Part shown: positions 50,920 to 64,000 of the stretch, in pieces | How the letters are laid out: every line of letters starts with the position of its first letter | How positions within the stretch are numbered: the stretch's first letter is position 1 | Origin: Schmidtea polychroa | Lineage: Eukaryota | Length of the DNA: 64,000 nucleotides | Reading direction: 5' to 3' | NCBI GenBank assembly: GCA_044892525.1 | Contig: CM097885.1 | Location: forward strand, 30,382,001-30,446,000 | The notes under the pieces: model-generated | The model's input: only the letters and a program-made list of their open reading frames with translations | Database searches by the model: none | What the model was told of the DNA's origin: nothing | Program-made: the position numbers and the translations under genes

Positions 50920-51408
50920 CTACACTTCCTCTTTAATTTCCACCACATCCTTTGGACTACCCATCTTCTTTTCCTTGGCCGTCATCATTTGTGTCTCTTC
51001 TGCCCTATCTTTGCATTTTTCTCGATTACTCGTTATTTCATTGATTCTTAATTCGGCTGACCTTGCTTCTTCTTTTAGTCGGAGTATCGTTGCCTTAAGT
51101 ACCTCATTTTCTCTTGTTTTGTTTTCTGCAACTTTTCTCCATATCATTATCAATTCATCCTGTCTCGTTTCTTTTACAACCAGTTCCATTATTAACCTGC
51201 ACTGTTCCACACATTGTCTCCTCAATTCCTCGTATGCGTTGGGTTTCACCTGTTCCTTCACGTCATTTGTCCGTTTCTGTACATTTGTCGACTGTTGTTT
51301 TATTAGCATTGGAGATTGGTGTTTTCTAATTTCTGGCTGATAAATTCTGTTTTCGACATATTTTTTATTGTTCTGTTCTGTGACGTATTCTCGTGACTGA
51401 TCTCTCAC
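50920..51408 (-). CDS. Coiled-coil-like ORF downstream of gag in element D (probably a broken gag extension)
   Basis: Charged helical sequence on the gag strand; no recognisable domain. Confidence 0.4.
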   Translation of the reverse strand: MRDQSREYVTEQNNKKYVENRIYQPEIRKHQSPMLIKQQSTNVQKRTNDVKEQVKPNAYEELRRQCVEQCRLIMELVVKETRQDELIMIWRKVAENKTRENEVLKATILRLKEEARSAELRINEITSNREKCKDRAEETQMMTAKEKKMGSPKDVVEIKEEV

Positions 51409-51630
51409 TGGGTTTGTCCCATTCGGACAGTTATTGACTAAATGTCCCGTTCTTTTACATTCGTAACACCTCTTTATGCGGCGATATTTATTTTTTCTGT
51501 GCTCATTTTTCTGACAATTCCCATACGTCTTATCGAAGAACCGATAGCGCTCATTGTGTCCTTGTGGTTGGTATTTGTTCCAGTAATTGTTTGTACTCGC
51601 GTCCCATTCGATATCTGGTTCGCACTCGCT

Positions 51631-53481
51631 TTAAGTTTTTAACGTGTTTATGTCATGGTACTTTTCTTGCGTTTTTTCGTTATTTCGTTTTCCGTGATTT
51701 CCGCCATTCTTTGATTCGCGTTTTTCCTGGATTGCTGCAATTCCAACCTGACTATCTATGCCGGTATGATCTCTCTGATTGTCCTCAAATGTTTTGATGT
51801 TTTGATGGTCTAATATTACCTGTTCCATTTTTTCAATTATTTCGCTTTCGATCCTTGTGTCCGGAATTTTTTGTAAAACTATTTCGTTGCTCGTTATAAT
51901 TCTCATCATATTGATTTGTATTACTCTTTTTTGTTCTCTTTCCCACATTCTTTCTATCTTTTCCCTCTGGTTGTCGTTGGTGGTTAGTCTCATTATATCC
52001 AATTTTAAAAGTTCTTCCTTTCTCGTTTTCCAATATTTTTCTTCTCTTCTTGCCTGAGGTTCTTTTCGTTTACTCCATCTTTCTTCCGCTTCTCGTGCTT
52101 CCGCGATCTGTAAGGTGTTCCACTCTCGTTGTTGTTTTGTTCGGATATTTTCAATTTGTAATGTGCCTCCCACACATTGTAATACATTTATTCTTGATTG
52201 TTGTTTTCCTTCCGCTTGAAACTGATAATCGATCATGTTCCTGCACAGTCCTGTGAGAATTGTTATTTGATTTTGCATTTCAGCTAGTTGCTTTGCTGAC
52301 GTATCCCTATTGTCACTCCGTTGTTGGTTTCTTTTATTCGTACATGCAACTGCTAGATGGTCTCCTTGTCCGCACGAGAAACATTTTTTAGATATTCCAC
52401 ATCTCACTGCGGTATGTCCTTTCTTACCGCAATTCCAACATCTTCTTTGTCCATGACATTCATCGAGCCAGTGTCCTTTTCTCTTGCAGTCATCACAAAA
52501 TTTTTCAATGTTTCTATTATTCAACCTCTTGCTTTCATTGTCATTATCGTTTCTTTGATTATTGATGTTATGACTCCACTGTCTGTGGTGTTGGGGTTGA
52601 TTATCTGCGATGTGCCTCCTACTTGGTGGTTGTGTTACTTTGGTGTACATTTCGCTTACATTCGCTGCCTCTACTGCTTCGTCCAGCGTCTTGCATATTT
52701 TGCATCCTACTACACCTTTAATGTCATCTCGTCGCAATCCTTTTACAAATTGGGTTACTAGTTGTGTTTCCATATCCTTTTCACTAAATAGCGGTTTGGC
52801 TAGACGTCTTAGTGCGCTTGCGTACAATATATTTGATTCATTCACTGCTTGTCCTCGATTGAAGAATTCTAGAAATTTGTATTGTGCATCTTTTGCTTCT
52901 CCAAATGTTTTTATCAGAGCTTCCTTAACTTCTTTCCAGGTTTTTAGTGGGGTTGTACACTCTTTTATTCCGAAGTACCAATTAAAAGCGTCATCTGCTA
53001 GATATAGTGGGAGTCTTCTCACTATCATTTCGTTTGTCCATTTTAGAGCATCGCAATAAGATTCAAAATGTTGGATAAAGTTTGATAGTTTGTTCGGTTT
53101 TCCGTCGTATTTTTCGCCATTATATTTTCCCTGGAAATTGGGTATCTCCATTTCACTGAGTCTCTTGTTGATCGCTTCCATTTGGGCTGTTGTATCTACC
53201 ATCTCTAATTGTATTCTTTTTCCGTTTGTCTTTTCTTTTATTAGGTTTATGTCACTTTTATTATTTCTGTTTTCAGATAGAGTTTTTCCTTCCTGAGGTT
53301 CTGATACGCGTATTACGCTTCTTGGCCTATTGTTTTCGAAATCCTTTTCACTGCTTCCTTTTATGGATCGACCTTTGGTCTTTGAGATGTCTTTTTGATT
53401 TTGCTTTTCGATTTCTTGTGCTTGCGTGGGTTTAATAGTTCGTCTTCCTTTCTTTGCAACTTTTAATTCTTCTTCTTTCAA
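51631..53481 (-). CDS. gag: Gag of element D
   Basis: KYDGKP..FIQHFE, LPLYLADDAFNWY, RGQAVNES, QFVKGL, and three CCHC knuckles. Confidence 0.92.
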   Translation of the reverse strand: MKEEELKVAKKGRRTIKPTQAQEIEKQNQKDISKTKGRSIKGSSEKDFENNRPRSVIRVSEPQEGKTLSENRNNKSDINLIKEKTNGKRIQLEMVDTTAQMEAINKRLSEMEIPNFQGKYNGEKYDGKPNKLSNFIQHFESYCDALKWTNEMIVRRLPLYLADDAFNWYFGIKECTTPLKTWKEVKEALIKTFGEAKDAQYKFLEFFNRGQAVNESNILYASALRRLAKPLFSEKDMETQLVTQFVKGLRRDDIKGVVGCKICKTLDEAVEAANVSEMYTKVTQPPSRRHIADNQPQHHRQWSHNINNQRNDNDNESKRLNNRNIEKFCDDCKRKGHWLDECHGQRRCWNCGKKGHTAVRCGISKKCFSCGQGDHLAVACTNKRNQQRSDNRDTSAKQLAEMQNQITILTGLCRNMIDYQFQAEGKQQSRINVLQCVGGTLQIENIRTKQQREWNTLQIAEAREAEERWSKRKEPQARREEKYWKTRKEELLKLDIMRLTTNDNQREKIERMWEREQKRVIQINMMRIITSNEIVLQKIPDTRIESEIIEKMEQVILDHQNIKTFEDNQRDHTGIDSQVGIAAIQEKRESKNGGNHGKRNNEKTQEKYHDINTLKT

Positions 53482-53660
53482 TAAACTTGGTTCTATTATT
53501 AACTGTTTTGATCTGGTATGCTTTGTTATTGGTTCAATATTTCCGAACTTGGCTTAATTGTTTGACAATAACTTCTAGTTGGTTGCTGATACTTGGCTGT
53601 TGGCTTGATTGATTGATTTACCTGAATAGAAAAATATCACTTCTCCCTATCGTTTATTAT

Positions 53661-53752
53661 ATCTATTATTCGCATCTATTATTCGCATCTATTATTCGCA
53701 TCTATTATTCGCATCTATTATTCGCATCTATTATTCGCATCTATTATTCATC
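53661..53752. repeat. 13-bp tandem repeat (ATCTATTATTCGC), about 6-7 copies, upstream of gag
   Basis: Directly visible. Confidence 0.9.
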
Positions 53753-56224
53753 TACTGGTTATCTTATGAATTTAATCTTTAAGCTCTAATTGTTTCTCTT
53801 TACTTCGCTTTGTCTTTTTCCAGTTACTTGGTCTTCCTTTTATTTCTCCTGCATGCTTCTTTTTACTACTCTTCCAGGTTTTCCCCACTCTCCTGACTTC
53901 GGATGCGAAACACTCGCACTGGTCGATCTCCGATCGTGTGGTGATCAGTCACACGCAGAGATGTTCCAGTATATGCGATGGGCCCTGTTCCACATCTTTC
54001 GTCAGAACAGTTGGTACTTTCCTGGGCCTTATCCGCACTACGCTGAGCGTAGCTCATAGGTTGTGGATTTCTTAAACCCAAAAAAAAATTTTCCTTATTC
54101 ATTTGCTCTCAATTTTCGTAACACTTTATTCTCATTTTTACGTCGTGCTCTTACTCTACTTATCTCGATTACCCTTGGTCCTTCTTCATTATTCTAAATA
54201 TATCCCCACTATTTCCTCAGGCAGATCCCTCTCGCATTATTTGTTAATATTAGTTTATCCATTTTATTCGTTACCCTTCTATTCGTTAATGATTTATTTA
54301 CGAAACATCCCTGCTCAATTTTGTAATTTATCGCTTCCGTATTTGTATATTTTCCTCAGCTTTGATTTTTTATGTTACCTCTCACTGATTTCCCCGTCAT
54401 AATGTTTCTCATTTCGTATATTTTACGTTTTCAAAATTTGTTTGTTGTTTTTCTGTTTATGGGCCTCTTTGTTCCACTCCCTATATTTTAGGTTTTTAAC
54501 TTATTTCCGCGTCTATTTGATATTTTACTTTTGGCGCGTAACTTTGATTGGTCATTTATTTTCATTATCTCATTTAATTGTTTATCTATGTCTACATATA
54601 CACGCATATACTTATACATATACCCTTATCCATAAACATATATTCATATACTCATATCCACCTCTATCTGGATATCTACATCTGTACGCATTTCTCCCTA
54701 GCTGTTCGTGGAGTGGTTGATATTATTGCATTTATCGTTTCTGAATTTATTCAATCTCACAATTGCAACTTTTTGTTTCGTAATAAAAATAGACAGTTCG
54801 TTCGTTTTTCATTATTGTAACTTTTTGTTCCATCGTAAAAGTAGGCAGTATGTTCGTTTTCCATAACTAAAACTTTTGTTCCATGTTTCTAATTGGTCTC
54901 ATTTTTGTTAGTATCTCTCGTTATTTTAATTTTCCGTGTCATGATGTTAAGCTTTCACTTTTGTTCTATTATAATGTATCGCGTTTCATTTTATATTTGT
55001 TGTTTCTCGTAATTTTGATTTTTCATTCAAATGTCTTTGCCCTTGCTTTCTTTCTGTGAATTTGTTACTTGTTGTTTTCTGTTTGTTCATTTCGTTTTGT
55101 GTTTTCCTTGTCATTTTTATTGTGTTTATTTGTTCACATTCTATTTTGTTATATGTGCGCTCTTCATTTTCTGTCCATCATGTTTTCGTATAATTTTCCC
55201 GATTGTTCCTATTACTACTCATGTCCATTTTGACTTTCATCTTGATCTGCCGTTTGTTGTTGTCCTAGTTTGATCTCATTTTTCCTCCGCGTCTTCGCAA
55301 AATGTCGTCCCCGACATTCATTATTTTATTTATTATTATGTGTTCTCTCGGTTCTCAGTATTTTGTTCTCGTGTCCTCTCTACCATATTTTCTAAACGTC
55401 CATTTTCTCTGATTTATTTTCCTTATTCTTAAATAAGTGTAGATTTTAATATTTTTGATTTTCGCATTATTTTATCTTTGTTTATGGTGATCGGTCCTCT
55501 ACTTTTATTATATATCATTTTTGGTTGGGGTGTATACACCGATATATGCGATTATTTATATACAATTAGTCCTCTTTTTGGCACTCAGTTCTGCCATTAC
55601 CGTCTCTTTTCCATGTTATGACCCTGCTGATAGTTCGTTGTTTTTCCTCCTTTACGCAAAATACGGATACGGTGTTCTTCTGATCATTCCACCTCCCCTC
55701 GGAATATTTTACTCATCATCTTATAACAATTTTCAATGAATACTATGCTGGATTTGTTATAACTATTTGTACTTCATCTTCAGCTCCCTGCGTTTTCGTT
55801 TTCCCGTTTCCTTTTCCCGTCTGATATTCTCCGTTACATTCTGACCATATCTTTCTCTCTTTGTTTTCCTCAGTTTTCTTAGTAGTTCATTTCTTGCATT
55901 CGGCTTTATCATTAGAGTCGTTCCATTTCTCTTTACTTTAGTTCAATTTTTCCTCTCTGATCCTTGATTATTCTCTCATGAACAAATTCATTATTCAAAT
56001 TTTCGATTAGATTGTTCCTCCATGAGATTCCTTGCTTCTGTATAGCTAATGTTATTTACTATAATATGACGCTTTTCTGCTTCCATATTTCTCCTGTGGT
56101 GGTATTGGGATTGATTTCCATTGTGATCCGTTTCATTCTATTAATTCACCTATATTGATTCATAATCTTTTATCTGAATTTTATTTCATTTTACTTCCCG
56201 AAGTTATATACTAATTATACCGCG

Positions 56225-56336
<112 letters not shown>

Positions 56337-59300
56337 ATCATATACCTTTATATATTCATTGTTCACACTATATATAGTCATCACCCTTTCTATGTATGTG
56401 GGTTCGTAATTCGTGATACTTTCTAGATCTCTTTTCACTGTTCTTAGTTTAGTGTTCTGTACTCTTTCATTTGCTGTATATTTCACCCGTCTGGTTCTAA
56501 TTGTTTCTCATTCTCTATCTTTGACGTTGGATAGTTTTTCATAGTTCGTTCCGGTTATTAATATGAGCATCGTATGTATAACTGTCTTGTACATTCATTT
56601 TACTTTGGCTAACCTTGAGCTCCCTGGTTTCTTTCGCTGGATCTTTTTCGTTGATATCCATCATGTTATTCTCGTACCTTGTATATTTACTTTCATTGAT
56701 TTCTGTATATACTTTGTTATTCTCCCGAGTCGTTTACATAAGTTTTAGAATTCATTTTCTACGTACTCTTGGTGTCTGTGATGTTCGCCTATTTTGCAAA
56801 GTTTTTTCACTGCCTTTTAACTTAGCTCCCGTGCCTTTGCCACGGAGATTTTATGTCGATTTATTTTTGCTCCATTTTTATACTGTGATTTTATTTTTTA
56901 ACAGTTATTCTCGATTGTCTTTGGTTCAGATTTATTTTTCGAGTTACCAGCAAGTTTTATCCCTTCATCTATCCTACAGACAAGTTTAGTTCTTGTGTTT
57001 GTTCTTTTACTTAACGCTTTTGTTCATTCTAGGTGTTGATGATATATAGTTATTATTTCTATTCGTGATTTTTCGATGTCATTTCCATGTCTTCACTTTC
57101 TTTTACTTTCAGTAAAATCTGTTGATTCGCTCAGTTTCGTCTGGTAAACTCATCTCTTTTATCTTTAATGTCGTTCGTCTCAGATTCGCATTTGCAGAAG
57201 CTAAGGCATGGTTATCATTTGCTTTATTTATCGTCTGGTGCTTTGTTATTGTCGAGTTTTATCGTATTTTACATTTGAATGTTTATTCAATCGTTTTTAG
57301 GGTTTAATCTTTTCCTTTTACCGACGCCTTTCAACATCCTTGGGTACTCTACCCTTGGTTTGGTATGTGTAGAAAGTATTACATGTAGAACATAATTGGT
57401 GTAAACATTCCTTATCATACTCTGTATGTATCGACAACTCAATACCAGAATCATATGTAGCTTACTTTTTCATAAACCCCTAATCCATACATTCTTATAT
57501 CTCATATGCATATAATCATTCATACTATTAATTCTTCATCTATCAGTGTATCTTCCAAGAAGTTTCCATACTACGAAGACCATCACTACATTCATTCACC
57601 AATTTGGCAGTATTTGTTCAAAAATTCACATTTCATAATTTTATGACATAAATATTATCACAGGTCAGAACAATCATTCCACAACAAAACTCAAAACAGA
57701 CTACTAATTCATCATTCCCATGCAATTTAATCAACGAAAAATATCTCTATTTGTGCCCACAAAAGCAATACATTGATTATCCCATTACTGACTAACAATA
57801 ATTATTTAAGTGCATATAAATTTATATACAAGTACAAAATGCCATAGTAACATAATTAATAATCATTTTCATGCATGCAAATTGACAATTTTCTGTTTTA
57901 TTTTAATCAATTAAATCAAAAATAGAAAGCCATACATAATTTTCTTAAAAACTGAATTTTAAAATACTTATAAAACATACTTGATTTAATTAGTAAAGTT
58001 CATAAAATCAATGAAAAGTATATATAACCATTCCAACTATACTGTACGGAAAAGTCGCTCTCTTGAAAATAAAGAACCGATCTACCGGAACAAACCCACG
58101 GCACAACATAAGCCGACACACCAACCGGCACTCGACCATCACTCGATTACATAAACAATCATATTAAAGATTCTTCCCTAAATTCTTGATAATTTGGATA
58201 AACCATGAAAAATTCAATGTATATCAGAACAAACAAATAAATATCTTACTTCTTTATTCATTATTTTTACAAAAAATCTTAAAATTAACTAAATCCAAAA
58301 CAAAGCCTATTTGGTAAAGCTAAATGAATGTCTCAGTTATGATAATTAAATGTGCTTTTGGGTAATGAGTACATTACCGAGATTACATACCTTCACTAAC
58401 TACACCTAAATCCAGAATATCAGAAAAATAAACTGACTATTAACGCATTGATGGATTTGATTTGGGGAAAAATTCAAATGGATATTCATTGATGGTCTTT
58501 TATGTAAGATTTGATAGTCGCTCAAAGTTTTACTCGACATCGACAAAAACAACGAAACGAACCGAGAGGAATTACAATGAATCGAAGAACTAATCAAATT
58601 TCCAGCATCATTTTCAAAAGTAAATATTCGAATCTTTATTCCAATTGATCGACATGTTAGCATCAAATAAAACAAATTCCATTTTCGTTTTGTAAATCTC
58701 ATAAAATTTCAATTTCATCTGAACGCTACAGCAAAAATCCAAATCTACAAAAAATGAAATCTAAAATCGAGAAATAAATAATTGTTACACATCCCGTTTC
58801 TGATTGGCTGATTTTCAGGAACGTAGACAATTCATACATGTATACAAATTGCATCCAAATCTCACACCAACAATGCGCACACCAACTTTTGAGCACACAC
58901 TTATACACTCCAACCGGGACAGAACATAATCAAATGCGCTTTGGTGTAACCCTAGCCGACAGTTCTATAATTGTCTCGACTATGCCAATCATCCTGCCTG
59001 CACTTGACAGACATTTCAATAGTCCTTCAGTGAATGTGAGAGATCTCCGAATACGTTCTAGTGTGTATGTGTAGAAATATCAAACTACGATTGTCTGTAT
59101 TTGTTGCTGATTATAATCGACCATTGTCTCCTCCGACATATAGGTATCGACACATCAAACGGACCGCCTACTTGATTGGCAGATAAATTGGCGCCGCTCT
59201 TGAGTGGTCTCTCAATCAAACCGAAAATCTGCTCATTGACTCTATGAGAAAATTTACAAATTGGACTTGTTGTGACAAATTGTGACAGGTCATGTCACAC

Positions 59301-60529
59301 AAATTCGCACACTTACACACATTATGTCACCGCTGATGCGAAAACGTGTTGCTCAACAATTTATTTGATTGAATTTTTAATATATGACATTGTTTAATTT
59401 TTAGAAACATCTGACAACGCCACCAGCCACGCAGCAACAGCCGAACGCATTTTCATCAAGTGAGTTGAATAATGTCACAGAAAATGATAATGATACAAAA
59501 TCAACAGCTGTATCTGGATAATTTAAAATGCGAGTGAACATGAAATAAATTTAATAAAGTTAAATTATGAATTTCATTTGTTTTATTCACACTTAATCGA
59601 TAAAATTTGCACGAATTTTGAATTGAAAACTAATAGATTTCTGTCATTAATGCTTCAAATACCACAAGTACAATTTTCATATGCTCATTAGACAACCAAA
59701 AAGAAAACCTTCTACAAAAATGAAAGAAAAAAAATGCACCAGTAGAGTTACTCTCTACTTTCTATGTTTGTTGGTGGAATTATTATAATGCGCATATTTC
59801 CGAATTCTACTATTTGTACGTTATTGTTGAATTTTGTGGATTATGACATTATCTGTGTGGTCACTTCAATAACCATCATGCTCGCTCAGTGATACGTATT
59901 ATTTTATCTCGGCTTCTCATATCTCTCTCTGGCTAACTAAGAATTATTCGTCCTCATTCTCATCATTCGGACACTCGTATTTTTCCTAATGGAGTAAAAT
60001 CGTTATGCCTTCGGCAAAACAGAAAAATTTCCAAGTCTCACATCAATATTTGGACTTAGGCGGTCTCCCTATGAGCACCCTCACTGAACTGCTGATCGAA
60101 CTATGAAATAGTATCTGGACTATCGGGTACAAGGGCGGAATTCCTCTTTACCCTGGACCAGCATACCACTCAGGCGAGGTAATAAATCTTAATAAATATA
60201 AATTGTTAAGGTGTAATACAATAAATGATTTCTATTTCATGTCTTCCTACTTTAAATAAAAATTTGTTAATTTAATTTAATAAACTCGGTAGGAGAAAGA
60301 AAATAATTTACTCAAAAACATTTAATGATACATTACAAATATAGCTATATTAAATCATAGATAATTAACACATATGTACAGCAAAAATTAAAATTAATGA
60401 TTTCCCACTAATAAGCTTTAGAGTAGTTTGGCTGGCTACTAAAATGTTATGATTGATACTGATACTAAATTCGAATTCCGTGAATCGATTTATCAAAATA
60501 AATTCTTGAACAATGTTTGAAATAGAGAA

Positions 60530-60547
60530 ATCCCGGCTGAGCCCCCA
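60530..60547 (-). promoter_or_regulatory. Primer-binding site, tRNA-Pro type
   Basis: Minus strand TGGGGGCTCAGCCGGGAT versus canonical TGGGGGCTCGTCCGGGAT; 7 nt from the LTR. Confidence 0.8.
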
Positions 60548-60554
60548 AAAATCA

Positions 60555-62097
60555 TGTTGGTTACTTAGGGGTGTATCATTTTTACATTTTAAAATGCGTT
60601 AGGGGTAATCATAATCGTTCGACTCTTTCCTAAGCACCTCCATGACTATTGCAATTTAAACCATTTGTGTACCCATGGTGACGACCATGTTGGTACTGTA
60701 CACAAAGGTGAAAAAACAATGAGCAGGTGAGCTCCATTACTAAAACTACTCCCCATTGTATTTTCTTTTCGGGTTCTAGACTGCCGATAGAAGGTCTTAC
60801 GTCATTAGTCACTGTGTGCTACTTTTGGATCGTTGTTGGTCCTCAATTACGGGTATTTCTAATTGTTCTCTTATAAAATTTTGTGCAGGGATCCGCCCTT
60901 ATTTTCCAGCTACTAATTATTGTTCTACACTTCCTACAATATCTAAATTATCCTTTGAAAAATTTGAGCAGGGATTGGCCCTTATTTTCAAGTTAATCCA
61001 CGCTTCCCATAATATTTACGTTATACTTCAAAAAATTTGAGCAGGGATCTGCCTGTATTCTCAGTCCTAACCTACATTTGACCACAGTACTTCCAGCGAT
61101 AGGACCCGTGAGGAAGCCCCCACATTCCGGCCCAATCCAGCTGCGCGATTGAAAAACCAGCATACCCACCAGTCTGAGCATCCCGAAGGTACCTCAAACC
61201 ATGATATGCTGAATCTCAATTCAGCGGTACTAACGTTCGTAATCAGTTAGTATAAAAATTGAACACAATAAAAATTATTATTTAATATCTGCAACTAAAT
61301 GAAATTAAACAATTAAAAGAAAATAACAAAAGAAAATTTAACTAAAAATTTTATTGCATATTAAATTTAATCATCTCATAAAATTACTACAACAATAAAA
61401 AATAAATTACCAAATCCACGTGGGCATAAAATCGAAAACTGAGAGCTTCACTGGCTACAACTAAATTTTGATGTTAGAGAAAAAGTAGTCCCTTTAAATG
61501 AATTGGTGATCAGTATTTATACTGATTTTTCATGCATTTGCTGCCACTCTATCCAATCAGAGTGCGAGAAATTTTTAATTAGTCTTGCATACATGCATGA
61601 GTGTGTGCAATTGTTTATTTGTTTTAATTCAATAAATTTAATTAATTTCTTATTTAATTTTTATTAATTTTAATTTTATAAATTTTATAATTTAAATAAT
61701 TTGAGTTATATTAATTTTTATTAATTTAAACATTTTTATTCTTTAAATTTAATAAGTTAAATAACCATTTAATTCTATAAACTTTACAATTTATATAATG
61801 CTAACCAATTTTATTATTTTTGACGATTTAATTTTTATATTGTTTAAATAATTTTCAACTAATTCTATTTTATATTTTATTATTTTTCTATTTTAATTTT
61901 TAAGTGTTGAATTTTTTGTTAAATTTATTTATCTCTTATTCTATTATACGGGGTTTATTGGTTCTTAATGTGTGATGTAATTTATTTCATTTATTTTAAA
62001 TTAAACCTTGGTCATAAATTTTTCAACTTTGCGGTTTTTGTGTTAGGTATTTTCGATCGATTAAAACAAACTCTCAGTTCTCGGCTTCAGCCCAACA
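60555..62097 (-). repeat. 5' LTR of element D (1543 bp)
   Basis: Direct repeat of 48368-49887, adjacent to the PBS. Confidence 0.95.
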
Positions 62098-62101
62098 ATG
62101 C

Positions 62102-62467
62102 CAAATATGATTATATCACGGGCCCTGATGATTTGCATCGCCTTATCAGTGATTGGCACTTCAGCAGCGGCATTCAAGCTTGCCTGGTTTATTACGCTTC
62201 GTATTTTTACTCGATTTGAGGCGGATTGGGTATTCAGCTCCTGTAGTTGAATTGTCGGCTATGTTTCCACTAGGTGTTGTTCAATAATATCCTGGTGCTC
62301 TCGAGCCCCTCGATGTCTGAGCTGAACTCCCAGGGCTTGTATTTCCAGCCGGCCCTGTGCCGCTTGTAACTGTAGCGTCTCAAGTTGTTGGAGACGTTTC
62401 TGCATCGCCTGGGGACAGAACCATGTTCCTTCAATCTTCCACACTTGTTCCTTGAGTACCTCCACAA
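62102..62467 (-). pseudogene. Possible non-LTR retrotransposon ORF1 fragment
   Basis: GC-richer patch; coiled-coil-like translation ending IRARDIIIFG, similar to the RxxNIIIxG motif of CR1/L2 ORF1. Confidence 0.3.
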
Positions 62468-63305
62468 TAATAATAGCTAAGTACTAAACCGAAGAAATTG
62501 TATATTAATTTTTATTTAAAGTCGGAAACTTTGGCTTTTCATTTTATCTCGTACGCTTGGACATTTTTAGTGATAACGTATCTAAGCATATTACTACTAG
62601 TAAATTTATTTCCGCAATTGACGCTCTCTAATTTATCTCTACGATGGTGTCACTAAAATTATCCGATAGTATGTTGTAATATATAATTTGTCAATATAAC
62701 TTCTAATATAATATTTAATATTTCCATTTAATATTGCGGACACCGGTTTACTACTACTAATTACTATGTCTACAGTCTATCTTTACTCAACAACCGCATT
62801 ACTCACCATTCATACAATCACAACATTCTTTTAAAAATCAAATAACCAAAAAAATTATATATTTTATAATTGAGTAAAACAAACATTACCCTTGAAAATC
62901 TAAAAGTGTGGCTCCGTCCCGAAATGTGCTGTCGTCCACGTTTCCGCGGGGGATCCTCGCGTCTCCAAGAAACAGAATTCGGAGTCTCCACCTGTCGATT
63001 CTGTAGCTCGACCAGATCCTTCTGCCACTCCTCATCGTTATCGGATAGATATTGGCAGGGATCTGCTTTTATTTTATTCATTTAAGAATGATAATCTGAC
63101 TTAAGACTTAGACTTATATGATTGGTATCACTGATGTTTTCATTGTGTTCTAATAGAAATTTGAGTCTATAATAACTTAAATCATCGTTAATAACAGCTC
63201 ACTGGACATTAGAGGAACGAGCTCTTAGTGTCCTATATCACAAAAGAGTGTAGTTTAGTAGTTTATTTTACATATGTTGCCTTTATGCGCTATAGGTCAT
63301 TTATT

Positions 63306-63800
63306 TTACAGAAAATGAAAATTGTTCACCACACACAGCCCACTGGATTCCAGTGCGATAAAACGTATGTCAATATATCCCGCAATAAATGAATCATATT
63401 CGTACTCCAAACAACCCAAAACGTTTCCATTATCTGCACTTCCAAAAGTTTCTGAAGATCCTCTGAGTGTTAATCCACGCGATGTGAGCAATTTTATGGT
63501 TGAAACAACTCTCTTAAGACTTCTCTCCAATAATGTTTTTGCTTATCAGCGTTCTCCCAAATTGATTTGTCCAAAGTCTGAACATTGGATATACGCGTTG
63601 CATAAGTGGTTAGAGCGTATCTGTGATCAGCTTGTTTTTCGTGTTGTTCAAGTCGATTTATGGTACTCCAGCTGTCAAATTCTGTAGTCGCAAGAGCAGA
63701 CGAACTGTTTATCGAAAACAATTTACATACAAAACAAAAAACGCATCCAGATGATGGCGAATACAAAAGCCAATGCCTTTGAATTTTTTCTCCATTGTGT
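63306..63800 (-). pseudogene. hAT transposase fragment (ZMYM1/DUF4371-like, TTF zinc finger)
   Basis: RHWLLYSPSSGCVFCFVCKLF...LEQHEKQADH and GLTLRGSSETFGSADNGNVLGCLE, frameshifted. Confidence 0.8.
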
Positions 63801-63986
63801 TGGGGTTAGACCAAAACAAAATAAATTTCACAGGGAACCAGAAAGCAGAACAAAAATTGGTAAAATCAATAAGTACAAAATTAATTAAAATTTAATAAAA
63901 ATTAAAAATCAATATTGAACGGAGGTATCGGGTATGGTTGAATGCCAAATTGTTAGACGAGGTTAGAAAGCATAATAAAAATGTAA

Positions 63987-64000
63987 TAGGGTGACCATAG
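63987..64000 (+). mobile_element. Possible hAT TIR start at the window edge
   Basis: TAGGGTGACCAT is a common hAT-type terminus; partner not visible. Confidence 0.35.

Overview
AT-rich eukaryotic (animal-like) nuclear DNA with about 40-47 nt minimal GT-AG introns, consisting mostly of nested mobile elements around one host gene. All calls were made by eye; no alignments or database searches were run. (1) A 15-exon, frame-intact mitochondrial DNA polymerase gamma (POLG)-like gene (31175-47648, +) keeps all three exonuclease motifs but has lost both catalytic aspartates of the polymerase. (2) Two Polinton/Maverick-type protein-primed DNA polymerase (pPolB) genes carry small phase-1 introns. One of them is the only intact gene of a 5.1-kb mini-Polinton (16233-21374) with AGTAGT termini, ~295-bp terminal inverted repeats (TIRs) and a 6-bp target-site duplication (TSD), inserted into a Ty3/Gypsy pol frame. 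(3) A Ty3/Gypsy element carries a ubiquitin-like plus Bcl-2-like ORF between gag and protease. (4) A young 13.7-kb gag-only LTR element (48368-62097) and a Mag-like element with ~77-bp LTRs inside a POLG intron. (5) Penelope-like relics with degenerate hammerhead cores, hAT and piggyBac remnants, and HECT-ligase and PIM-kinase pseudogene fragments.
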